This document shows, one piece after another, positions 1 through 10,976 of a stretch of 64,000 bases of DNA. The stretch is from Eledone cirrhosa (lineage: Eukaryota), in the NCBI GenBank assembly GCA_964016885.1, contig OZ024747.1, forward strand, positions 18,352,001 through 18,416,000, written 5' to 3'. Made by a program: the position numbers and the translations under genes. How positions within the stretch are numbered: position 1 is the first letter of the stretch; every line of letters begins with the position of its first letter. The notes under the pieces are model-generated. The model was not told the origin of the DNA and did not search any database. It saw only the letters and a program-made list of their open reading frames with translations.

Positions 1-770
1 ACATTCACCACCTCCGAGTTGACCTGGAGTACACACATATGCATTGTTTTTGTATAATTTCATTAGTCCTGTTTTAAAACATGCTCTAACTTTTATTGTA
101 CCTTCAAGTGATATATTAAATGTTTCTGAAGTACACCGCTTGAAAGTAGTATTTTCAGCGAGCGTGCTTCGATGGATGTGCAATGTTAATGTGTGTGAAC
201 GACGAAGCATGGATGAACTGAGAGAAAAACTGTATAAGAGGAATTAAATGTAGTGTGTAAGAGAGATGGTATGACCATATGATGCGTATGGATGAAGAAG
301 TGTCAAGAAATCATAATCGAAAGAACCCGCGGTAGAATAAGACCAAGAAATGCCTGGGCGAAGGTGGTGAGAGCTGAGCTCAAATCGCCGAAGTTTGCAG
401 AGATGACGAAGGACTGCGACTAATGGTGGGATGCTGTGCTGGATAAGTCCTGTCCAACCCATGCAAGCGTGGAAAAGCTAACTTAAAATGGTGGTGATGA
501 TGATGTTTAAAATTAATGTTGTGTTATATAAAATATATTAGTTTCCTTTTATTTTAGGTAAATTATTACTATTACACCCATCTCTGAGACGGGTGTAATA
601 GTAAAAAATGTTTTGTTTTAAGAATTTCGTTAGAATTTTGAAGGTGAAATCTTTATTTTTCCTATGAATTTTTATGTTTTGTACGTACGTATATGGCCTT
701 CAAAACCGTCGTAAATTATTCTCTTTTTGTGCTTACCCAACCAAAGAACTTCATAACACCGGTTTCCAAG

Positions 771-776
771 ATGGAT
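771..776 (+). CDS. Putative micro first coding exon (Met-Asp) of the PHOSPHO-like gene
   Basis: caagATGGAT|gtaaga gives an ATG in good context followed by a strong donor in phase 0, matching the phase-0 acceptor at 3128. This is an inference only; no other evidence. Confidence 0.45.
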
Positions 777-1124
777 GTAAGAATTAAAATTTTCCTTATT
801 CTACTTAGTATCAACACATTAGTTTCATTTTATTTTGTTTAATTCCGATATTCACGTTCAGCGCAATACATGATCTAACACTTTCTTAAGTTTGTTTGTG
901 TGTTTATGTGTGCGTGCGCGCGCATTTGTTGCATTTTCATTTGTTAGCTCCATTTTAGCTCTTTAAACTAGTTTTCCTCCAATTCCTTGAGTTGTTTTTT
1001 TTTTTATAAATGATATTCTTAATGTATGTAGTAGTATGTTGTAGTTCACATTTAAAAAAATATTTGAATCTCAGCTAAGTTTTCAAGTTTATTTTTTTTT
1101 TTGGTATTTGACAACCACACACGG

Positions 1125-2430
1125 TAATGGTTTCAAATTTAAGTACAGGACTAATAATTTGAGGGGAAAGGAAAGTCGATTAAATAAACCCTAGTACTTG
1201 ACTGGTACTTTATTTTATCAGCCCCGGAAGGGTGATCTGGATGGGATTTGAATTTAGAACTAAATACCACAAAGCATTTTATACTGCCAATCCACCGCCC
1301 CAGAACAACGTACCATAATTAAAGTAAATTCAATAAGAATTCTTTTTATCTAATTCTATATAAGTTTAACCAGTTGCTAATTTATGATAAAAACGTAAAA
1401 AAAAACAAAAAAAACATACGTCTTAAGTAAAGTAAATTCTCGTAAGGCTGCCATATCGTACTTGAAATCATGATCGTGCAACATATAGTTCAAAGCGTTT
1501 ATTTTAAATGTTGCTCAACAGCAATGAAATAATTGCTTATTCTCTAGTTTTTCAACTCCACCAGCTGCAACTCTCTCTCATATGATAAACGATATTCTCC
1601 TTATAATATCTAACAATATATTATTGTATAGAATGTCCTATTATTTTGTTAGAAATTTTTTTTATCACCGTGTTGGCCCGTGTATAATTTATCAAACGTA
1701 AATTCGAGTTATGTCCCCTTTCATTCAATGATTTGTTGCCATCATTGATATTATAAACCCTAGATTAAAATAATTGTTTCTACTTTTTGGCACAAGGCCA
1801 GCAATTATCGCAGTGTTTTACTGGTACTTTATTTTATCGACCCCGTAAGGATGAAAGGCAAAGTTAACCTCGGCTGGATTTGAACTCAGATTAAAATAAT
1901 TGTTTCTACTTTTGGCACAAGGCATTACTGGTACTTTATTTTATCTACCCCGTAAGGCAAAGTTAACTTCGGTGGGATTTGAACTCAGAATGGCAAGGGC
2001 CGTAACTATGCGTCAAAGCATGGCGTTCGACCCTCTACCGATACTGCCAATCCACCGCCTTTCTAATTTACGCACATGGTAACCAAATTTCGGAGGAGTG
2101 GTAAGTCGATTAAATCGACTTCAGAAAGATGAAAGGCAAAACTCACCTCAACCTGATTTGAACTCAAAACGTAAAAAACCTGAACAAATACTACTAAGCA
2201 TTTGTTGGACGCTCTAACGACTCTGCCAATCCATCGCCCTGCTCAAATGAAAATAATTGTTTCTACTTTAGGCACAAGGCCAGCAAATACTCAGTACATT
2301 ACTGGTACTTTATTTTATCGACCCCGTAAGGATGAAAAGCAAAGTTAACCTCGGCGGGATTTGAACTCAAACCGTAAAGGGACGTAACTATGCTAGAAAG
2401 CATGGCGTCCCACCCTCTACCGTTACTGCC
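1125..2430 (-). mobile_element. Cluster of the same SINE family in the PHOSPHO-like intron
   Basis: Reverse complement of the same core at 1125-1300, 1772-2060, 2080-2240 and 2254-2430. Confidence 0.85.
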
Positions 2431-2574
2431 AGTATGCATAAAGTCACATTTCGTCAGAGTAAAGTCTAATAGATTGTTTCAGTTGCTATTACTTTAAACA
2501 TTGACAGATCCCCCCACCCCTCTCTTATCAGGATATCTTCTATGTATATTTTTGTGGCATATGCCACAATCTAT

Positions 2575-3068
2575 TACAAAACCCTCCATCAGGCATCTAC
2601 CATACTCTGAATGCCTTGCTTCCCTGGGCATGTATACATTAAAGTTCCGACGTCTGGTAACTGACTTGATAGATATAACCCTGGGCACCTTTTTGAATTC
2701 CATATGTCTAATACCCATCGACATGCTTACAAGATCAGAAAACAGTACAGCTGCCCTGACTTTTGGAAACATTTTTTCATGCTTAGAGTTGCTGAAGCAT
2801 GGAACAAACTACCCACATCAGTTATTAGTTGTTAGTTGTCAGGACACTGCATCCTTTAAAACCTCCATGCTTCTCGAAATTTGCCAACACTACACCTATT
2901 ATTTCCCCTCTATACACATGTATGCATGTATCTGTGTGTATATTATGTCTCCTACACTGTTCAATTTCCTGACTGTTGTACATTGTTGTGTACTATACAT
3001 GCACCTATGATGAGTTGTGTACCTGAGCACTGTACACAATAATTTTCATTACTATTATTATTATTATA
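2575..3068 (+). mobile_element. CR1-clade LINE 3' fragment (same family as 49.3 kb)
   Basis: PSIRHLPYSECLASLGM..; same 3' UTR and (TTA)n tail; a short tail copy also occurs at about 10355-10402. Confidence 0.85.
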
Positions 3069-3127
3069 TAAAGATATATAACATTGCTGTTACTTATTTC
3101 TTTTCTATTTTTTTTTTTTTTCTACAG

Positions 3128-3847
3128 GAAAACAAGACTTTATTGTTGGCGTTTGATTTTGACCATTCTCTTATTGATGAGAACTGCGACAGCTATGTGA
3201 CGAAATTAGTACCACCTATTCCGGTACAGATAAAGAAACGATACAGCAGCCAGTGCTGGGTCTATTACATGGGAGCAATCTTTGAACATTTGCATAAACA
3301 AGGCATTACTCCCACAGAAATTTTGAACTGTATGAATGAGATTCCATTTGTGAAAGGTATCAAAGAACTGCTTAGTTTTCTGGACAGAAGTGATGTTGAA
3401 ATGGTCATTATATCTGATGCTAATTGTGTATTTATTAAACAAGTGTTGGAAAATGCAAAGATTGCACATTTGTTTGCTGAAACGTTTACGAATCCTGCTC
3501 AGTTTGATGACAGTGGGTGTTTGCGAGTACAGTGTTACCACTATCAGGACTGGTGTGAGCTAAGCACAACTAATTTGTGCAAAGGAAGGATATTACAAGA
3601 TTACCTGAAGAAACGTTGTAATGAAGGCACCACCTTCTCCTATGTGGGGTTTGTCGGGGATGGCACACACGATTATTGTCCTTGCTTAACGCTTGGAGAG
3701 AAAGATTTCACATTTCCACGTATCAACTATAACCTGTGGGAAAAAATTAACAAGATGCCTAAAAATGATGAACTTTCCTTGAAATCCAAGATATATCCAT
3801 GGAAAGATGCATTTGAAATACTAGAGGTATTGAAAACAGTCCTCTAA
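3128..3847 (+). CDS. PHOSPHO2: PHOSPHO1/PHOSPHO2-family HAD phosphatase (pyridoxal-phosphate / phosphoethanolamine-phosphocholine phosphatase-like), main coding exon
   Basis: Polypyrimidine tract plus tacag acceptor ending at 3127. HAD motifs FDFDHSL, IISDAN, IFTNP-like TFTNPA, NLCKG and GDGTHDYCP; stop TAA at 3845-3847. PHOSPHO1 versus PHOSPHO2 orthology cannot be resolved by eye. Confidence 0.9.
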   Translation, partial: ENKTLLLAFDFDHSLIDENCDSYVTKLVPPIPVQIKKRYSSQCWVYYMGAIFEHLHKQGITPTEILNCMNEIPFVKGIKELLSFLDRSDVEMVIISDANCVFIKQVLENAKIAHLFAETFTNPAQFDDSGCLRVQCYHYQDWCELSTTNLCKGRILQDYLKKRCNEGTTFSYVGFVGDGTHDYCPCLTLGEKDFTFPRINYNLWEKINKMPKNDELSLKSKIYPWKDAFEILEVLKTVL

Positions 3848-6264
3848 GAACATTTGTAGAGAATCATATTTGGGAAACTCTGATCTCACTCAAAGTTTTA
3901 AATTTCAGTGTAAATGTTTTAAGATGGTAAATATACTAAGTCAAAATCACACAAACAATTATAACTGTGTTAAATAATGTGTATTACATTGTATGTATGT
4001 ATATATGTCAGGTCACTCTCGAGTGCTACTGGTAACATGTAACCCGGTACAACCTGTCTCATGGTCGGGTCATTGGCGACTAAACTGGCAACCCCATCAA
4101 GCTTGCTTGGTGAGGAGGGTGATATTTGGACACCCTGCGGGATAAGATACAAGACCCGTCAAAGAGTGGAGTAACTCAGCAGAGTCAACGGCCATCCAAA
4201 TAGCACTTTTTTTTTTCACCTGGGAGTGAAAGGCCCCCAGTTGTTGTCAACACCTTTCTAGAAGAGGGGAAACTCTGAAAAAAAACCTGTGGCTTCGGAA
4301 GAATCCGATGATGTTGACCAGATCTCCTTTTCGGGTAGTGTTTTTGATGCTCAGAGAGTGGGATTGGTCGAGTGCAAGACCTTTCCCCACTTAAAAAACC
4401 TTGAAAGCTCAGACATTGCTTGTTCAGGATATTTTACAGGTTCATTTGGCTGGCCGTAGCCATCATGTATGTACATAAGAAAAGTAAACAAGGAGAATAA
4501 TACAATTGAATGATGAAATATGTTAGAAAGAGAGGATGCTTGAGATAGGAAGAGAGACGAGAAGAAGAAAAGGGGAAGAAACCATATATTTATATATATA
4601 TATATACTCACACACAGATACACGCATATATATTTGTGTATGTACTTGACTTTTTTTCAAAAACTTCAAGGGATGTTATCAAAATGTTGTTTTTTGGTGT
4701 TGTATGGATGATGATGAAGTTGATAATAATAATTTTTATTTTTTATTTTTAGTAATAATAATAATAGGGGTTGGAAAAAGAAACAACCTTTGGGTATGAT
4801 AAAAACAAAAAACATACAAAGATACATAAATATGCACAGCTAGACATTGGACATATATTGTGTAGAGTAGATTCAATGGAATAGAAACAACACTACAACA
4901 AAATACTGCACATATCCAAGGCACAGTATGCTGTGCCCAGAAATGCAGTTAAAGCATGCAATAAAAATAAGACTACTGAATAATGATAATAATAACAATT
5001 GTTTCTAATTTAGCCATAAAACCAAATATTTGTGGCTAGGGGGAAGGCAATGATATCAACTCCAGTACTTGACTGGTACTTTATTTTATTGAACCCAGAA
5101 GGATGAAAGCAAAGTTAACCTCAGCAGAATTTGAACTCAGAATGTAAAGGGCTTGGACAAATACATTTTATTCAATGCTCTACTGAATCTAATCCACTGC
5201 CCTTAATTGTGATTTCTTTATTGGCCACTAGGGTCACAAACACAAAGAACAATACAAATGAATAGGGACAGTGGGGATTTACATAAATCAAATAAATAAA
5301 AAAATAATTAACACTGCAATATTCATTGCCCAGTTCTATGTACAAAGCATACATTTCTTCCTGTAAATATGGCGTTCCCAATGCATATAGCTGAAGCAAC
5401 TAGCCACTTGTCTTCTCTTGCCTCAGGTCATAGGTAATGGCCCAGTGGGTGATTGTATAAAGCTACAAAAGAAATAATAATAATAAAGATGGTGATGCAG
5501 TATATAGAAATCAACACTGCACACATGAAGAACACTTTCAATATAAAAACAATAACACCAAAAAACAACACTGCACATAGCCAAGACATACAAAGCTCTC
5601 CTTGGCAATGCAGTGAAGATATGCAATAAAAATAAGACTAATAATGGTGATGATAATAGTAATAATATCCATCTACTTTCCATTGTCTCAGAAAAAGTGT
5701 GAACTGTACCTCCTCGAAGTACCATATATACTTTAATATAAGCCGACTCCACTATTTTATGTCTGAGAAATGGGCAAAAATCCAAACCTTATTTACATAG
5801 AATTTGAAGTTGGTAAAATTCATCAAAATATTGACCCCCAAATATGAACTGACTCCCCTTCTACCATTATTCCTTGGCTTATATTCTGTAGATATCATGT
5901 CAAATTAGCAATAGTCATAACAGAGTGGTTCAGAATAGAGGTATATATATATAATATATAACATGTTTCTACATATATAATGCTCTTGCACAGATACTGA
6001 GGTAACTGTGATATGATCACAGTTTAAAATACAGCAAGATTATGTGTATGTTTATTTTACATAAACTTATATATGGGTCCATATATGCCTTAGTTATATC
6101 AAGTCAAAGTCCCGATTAATGTGCAGCACAAGTAATCATTGACAATTGACTAGGCAGCATCTTCATGACTTGAAAAATTGTGTGACTCTTTATATATATA
6201 CTGTAGTAAAAGTTTGGTAGAAATATCCAATGATAAGAGCCCTTAGTCCATAGGACGAGTTTAG

Positions 6265-6423
6265 TATAAATAATTACAACAGTGACATAAACAGGTACTT
6301 AAGATTCGTTGGGTTCTGGACCCCAACTCATTCAGCCTGTCATAATTTTTCTTATGACAGGCTGAATGAATAGGGGTCCAGAAACCAGTGAAACTTAAGT
6401 AGCTGTTTATGTCACTGTTAACA

Positions 6424-6432
<9 letters not shown>
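6265..6432. mobile_element. Fold-back element with two inverted hammerhead-like motifs, between (TA)n tracts
   Basis: About 81-bp arms with a 6-nt spacer; arm consensus gacagg-CTGAATGA-gttggg/cccaac-GAAAC-TTAA-GTA-cctgtt. Confidence 0.7.

Positions 6433-6478
<46 letters not shown>
6429..6478. repeat. (TA)n microsatellite; others at about 27496-27529, 47036-47069, 53478-53530 and 53922-53947
   Basis: Direct reading. Confidence 0.95.
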
Positions 6479-6483
<5 letters not shown>

Positions 6484-6716
6484 TGTGTAAAAGGTAAACA
6501 GAAATAACAACACAATCAGGACAGTATATGGAAGGAATATATTAGCTTAATACTTGAAATAGCAGGAAGAGGGTCTTAACATTTCAGACACTAGTCCTTC
6601 TTAGGGTGTTTATCCATGGAGGTTACTTTGTAATGCCGCAAGGATAAACCGGTTTAAGCTGTCCAAAATCCAAAAGCACTCCACATATCAGTGTATCCCC
6701 AGTGAAATGTTGGTGA

Positions 6717-6929
6717 TTAACCCTTTAATGTTCAAACCAGCCAGAATTCTCTACCTTTTTCTGTTGAAACTGGCTGTAACTGGTCACTCAAACTGATGTT
6801 AAGGTATTGTTCTCAAAATAAATACTTTCAAAATCTCATAGATTCGATATTATGTGAGATAAAGCATTTACCATGAAAATATAATAGTATATATATATAT
6901 ATAGAATAATGTGAATGCTAAAGGGTTAA
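6717..6929. mobile_element. TTAA-flanked piggyBac-like MITE family A
   Basis: TTAA-CCCTTTA(GCATT)...(AATGC)TAAAGGG-TTAA; other copies at 9376-9583, 14742-14957, 25692-26169, 28040-28242, 29575-29777, 49154-49862 (interrupted) and 57036-57264. Confidence 0.8.
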
Positions 6930-9321
6930 GTGTGATAGAGTTTCCATTTACAAAATATAAAGCTAGTTGCTTTTACAATTATGTAAAAGTAACTGTCTTA
7001 ACAATATTTCGTAAATATGTGTGTGTATATTCATATGTATGTATATATATAACCACATTCAATACCATTTGAAATACCTCTTTATATTTTTTGTTTTTTG
7101 TTTTTTGTTCTAAATTAACATTTTTCAAGAAAAAAGTATTCAAATGTATACGGACATCTTTTTTTCTTTTCATTTTATTAATTATACAATGGAAGAAGAA
7201 CAATGTTCATCACCTTTGCAGGCCTTCTCAGACAGGTGTGATCTATGCATGTAATATTTACTTTGAATTAATATAGGCCAGTAAGTCTGTTGGGAAAATG
7301 TAGAATCAAAAAAGAATTCTAGGTCAGTAGTACTTAAACCTTTTTGCTCCATGCTGCATCAGGATACCAATAAAAAATTGCTGCATCTCATTCTCCTCAT
7401 CAATATGAAAACTTGTTTGGTGTTAAATAGATATAATGGTGATAGGAAGAGCAACCAACTATAGAAACCATGTCAATATTGCAATGGTGTGTAAGCAAGA
7501 CATGGCTCCTTGACCTGTTTAGAATTAAGTATTGACTTGATCTGTGACAGCATGTCCAACTCATCGTGATGGCAAATGTCAAATTTAGAAACATTGCCCT
7601 CCAAAATATTTAAAATCTTCCCTGTGAGGCATACACCCCATGCTCAGAATCAATATCCTAGAGGTTTATAGTTCTGGGAAGGAATGACTAGACACGAGTA
7701 TTTAGTAATCGAAACAACCAATGGTTGTAGTATGTTGGTGGTTGAATCCAGATCCTGATTAAGTCTTTATGGTGCCCTCCCCTTTCCATATATAAAGTTG
7801 GCAAAACAATTTATTTTAATGACATACAATTAATTTGAATAAAATGATGACCTCTTTAAGTTTAATGTGAACCGCTCTCTGATAGGTTTGTGGTAGAACC
7901 TGTAACAGTGGAGACTTCCAGCATTCTAGGCCCCTGGACCACACCAAGAATTTGGCAGAATTTAGAATTATATAACTGACTTACACATTGGAATGGTGTG
8001 TAAGCAAGACATGGTTCCTTGACCTGTTTAGAATTAAGTATTGACTTGATCTGTGACAGCATGTCAAGCTGATGTTTAGAATGCAACTTAACAAAAGGTT
8101 CCTACATAGATAGAATTGTGATGGGAAGCTTTAATTTCAATATGCAGAATTTAAAATGGTCAGTTTGATTTCATAGAATCAAGGGCAATTTTATGCGGGT
8201 TGGTAACAATAATAAATAAAAACATGTTTTGGGAAAGACAAAAAAAAAACCTTCAGCTGAACACAATTTAAATAAACTTTGCAAAATTAAAGAAATTTTT
8301 TTGTAAATTTCATGTAATAATGTATTTAATCATTAGTTTTGTTTTTATTGGTTATTATTTTATCTATTCTGTGCATGTATAAACATACTTTGGCATATTG
8401 TGAAGGTTACTTCGAGTAAAAAACAGGACTTTGTGCAAACAGATGATATGGAACAATACTATTGTTTGAGTTACTAAATGCATTTAAAATTTTTTTTCCA
8501 AAGATGTTATGGCAAGATGAATGATGACATCTGTTGAATTTACATTTGTGAATCAGTAATTTCACCTCCTGCTGCTAGGGAAAGCAATAATAACTATATG
8601 ATAAAGGCTGATTATATTTCATTAACATTCTCACACAGCTCCTAAGATAGCTTTGACATGATCATGGCTTAAAACATCTATACCAAAATTCATCTCTGTT
8701 TAATGGTGGTCTATTCTAGTTGAGAACCATGATGCCTAGCATCTCAACATCAACTATGCTGTCTCTTTCAAAAACACCTGCAGAGCCACCATCAAAGACA
8801 GGAGGAAGAACCACAATACCAAGTCATTAAAACCTAACCAGACTTTCAACTGTGGCCATGCTTGCCTGTCCTGCATTGACCTGAACAACCACGAGCGTGC
8901 CTGCAGTCAACATGGACCACCCCCTTCATAATCTTTGTTTGTGAAGCCAAGTCATGATGATATTTCAGTATTATCTGTTGGACTACAGGCAACACTTTTA
9001 AAAAAACAATATTACTCTTTCTGTTGTGTGTGTGCAAATATCTGAAAGTACCATACATACTCATATATAAGCCAATAAATATGTGACAAAAAAAATTGAT
9101 GGAAAAATGGGGTCAGCTTATATTTGAGCATTGTCCAAAGTTAGTAGTGCTTTCACTTCAACAAAAGGTTCAAGGACACTGAAGTAATAAAATACAAGAA
9201 AAACTAGTTATTAAAGATATGTAAGTTAAACCATGCTTTATTTAAATGATATGAACTAGTAACTAGTGCATTATGTTTTCCAAAACTTGCAGACACGATG
9301 ACCTCCTTACCACTGCTAACT

Positions 9322-9750
9322 TTAACCCTTTTGATACCAACCTGCCCCAGATTCTATAAAACAAAGCAACCCATGTTAACCCTTTAGCATCTACATTACT
9401 CTATATATACTATTATATTTTCATGGTAAAAGCTTTACCTCACATAATATCAAATCTATGAGATTTTTATGTTAGTTATTTTGAAAACAATACTTTAACA
9501 TCAGTATGAGCAGCTGGTTTGAAGACAGAAAGAAGTAAGATAATCCTGACGAGATACAGCCGATTTAAATGCTAATGGGTTAAAGGATTCCTTGGTAAAT
9601 TAGAATCTTAAAACAATTTTATATAAGAACCATGTATCAGGTTACTATCTTAGTAATTAGATAAATCAATGATTTTAATAGATCCCTCAAAATTCTTCAT
9701 TAATTGAAATAGAGGGTATGTCATTAGAAATATGGTCATGAAAGAGTTAA
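9322..9750. mobile_element. TTAA MITE family B containing a nested family A copy (9376-9583)
   Basis: TTAACCCTTTTGATACC..GGTCATGAAAGAGTTAA; related copies at about 13176-13412, 23163, 33240-33412 and 63467-63868. Confidence 0.65.
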
Positions 9751-10685
9751 ACATGTGAAGGTTTAATTTCTGAATACTTGAGTTTTCCAGGATATTGATC
9801 AATTATGCAACCCAGTTTCATCTTCACTATACAATTTGGAGCCCTTCACAATTATGTCATTTTATCTTTTTTTCTGAATGATTCAGTTTCCTCTATTACT
9901 CATTCCATACTGGTTTCTAAATCACCATAACCATTTATCATTAGCTTTGAAAGTTTTAGTTTAAACCATATGTATAGTTAGTGTGACAGCAGTGCTTTTA
10001 ATTTCTGTATTATGAACATTATTACCATGGGATTGTTGATGGACAAATTATATAATCTTTGCCTCCTCAAGATTTGTATATTTCAACACATTTCAAAGAA
10101 AATGTGATGAGGAATTTGTTCTTAACCTTGGGTGGGTCCCAAACTGTTTGCTTTTTAACTCCATACTCTCCATAAACTCTTACTACTGAAATATCTACCT
10201 ATTACAGTTGTATATATTCCAGTTTCTGATTCACATAGTCATTTATTTCTTTAGATTATTACTCTCACTGAAAGCCATGATGTAAAATACACTGAAAATG
10301 ACAGGGAAAAGCAAGTTGTGTTGTGTATCGTGGTTATTACAATAACAAAGTGGATATGCTGTAGTGCATCTGAGCACTGTATACAATAATTTCATTATAT
10401 TATGCTGAACCTACTAGCATGGCATTAGTCAAAATTAAACACAAGCTTTAGGCTAATTTGATCTAATTTTATTTCTGAATGTATATTACTAGATTTTAAA
10501 ACAAAGTCTGGTCGGCATACTGCATAAACAGAATTGTTATAAAAAAAATTAGTTTCAGTGACTAAAATATTCAATGAATTTATATATGCAACTTCTCACT
10601 GGAAAAAATATAATGCTTATAATACGGGAGTACAAAAGCATAAATAACCAACTGAATATAGATAGAAAGAAGCAAGGGGAGGTGG

Positions 10686-10976
10686 ATACATTTAATATGT
10701 TCTACTTAATTTATTTATACCCACTACACATATATTTAATGTGTGCTATTTACTCATATATTTATGCATAGTATATATATAATGTGTACTACTTGTTAAT
10801 ATATATGTACTATTTACTAATATATTTCTGTTATACTTACTGATACATTTCTACATACTATATATACATTTAATATGTTCTACTTACTAATATATTTATA
10901 CCCACTGTATATACATTTAGTACGTTATACTTACTAATATATTTCTATACACACTATATACATTATACTTACTAAT
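10686..10976 (+). repeat. Degenerate AT-rich minisatellite
   Basis: Recurring ATACATTTAATATGTTCTACTTACTAATATATTT units. Confidence 0.7.

Noticed and set aside
3017-3127. N-terminal extension of the 276-aa phosphatase ORF
   Set aside because: It is a CR1 tail plus polypyrimidine tract (poly-Tyr/Phe translation), so it is intronic.
7478-8066. About 75-bp direct repeat (7482-7556 / 7992-8065) as LTRs
   Set aside because: No TG..CA ends, PBS, PPT or TSD were seen; more likely a local duplication or repeat fragments.
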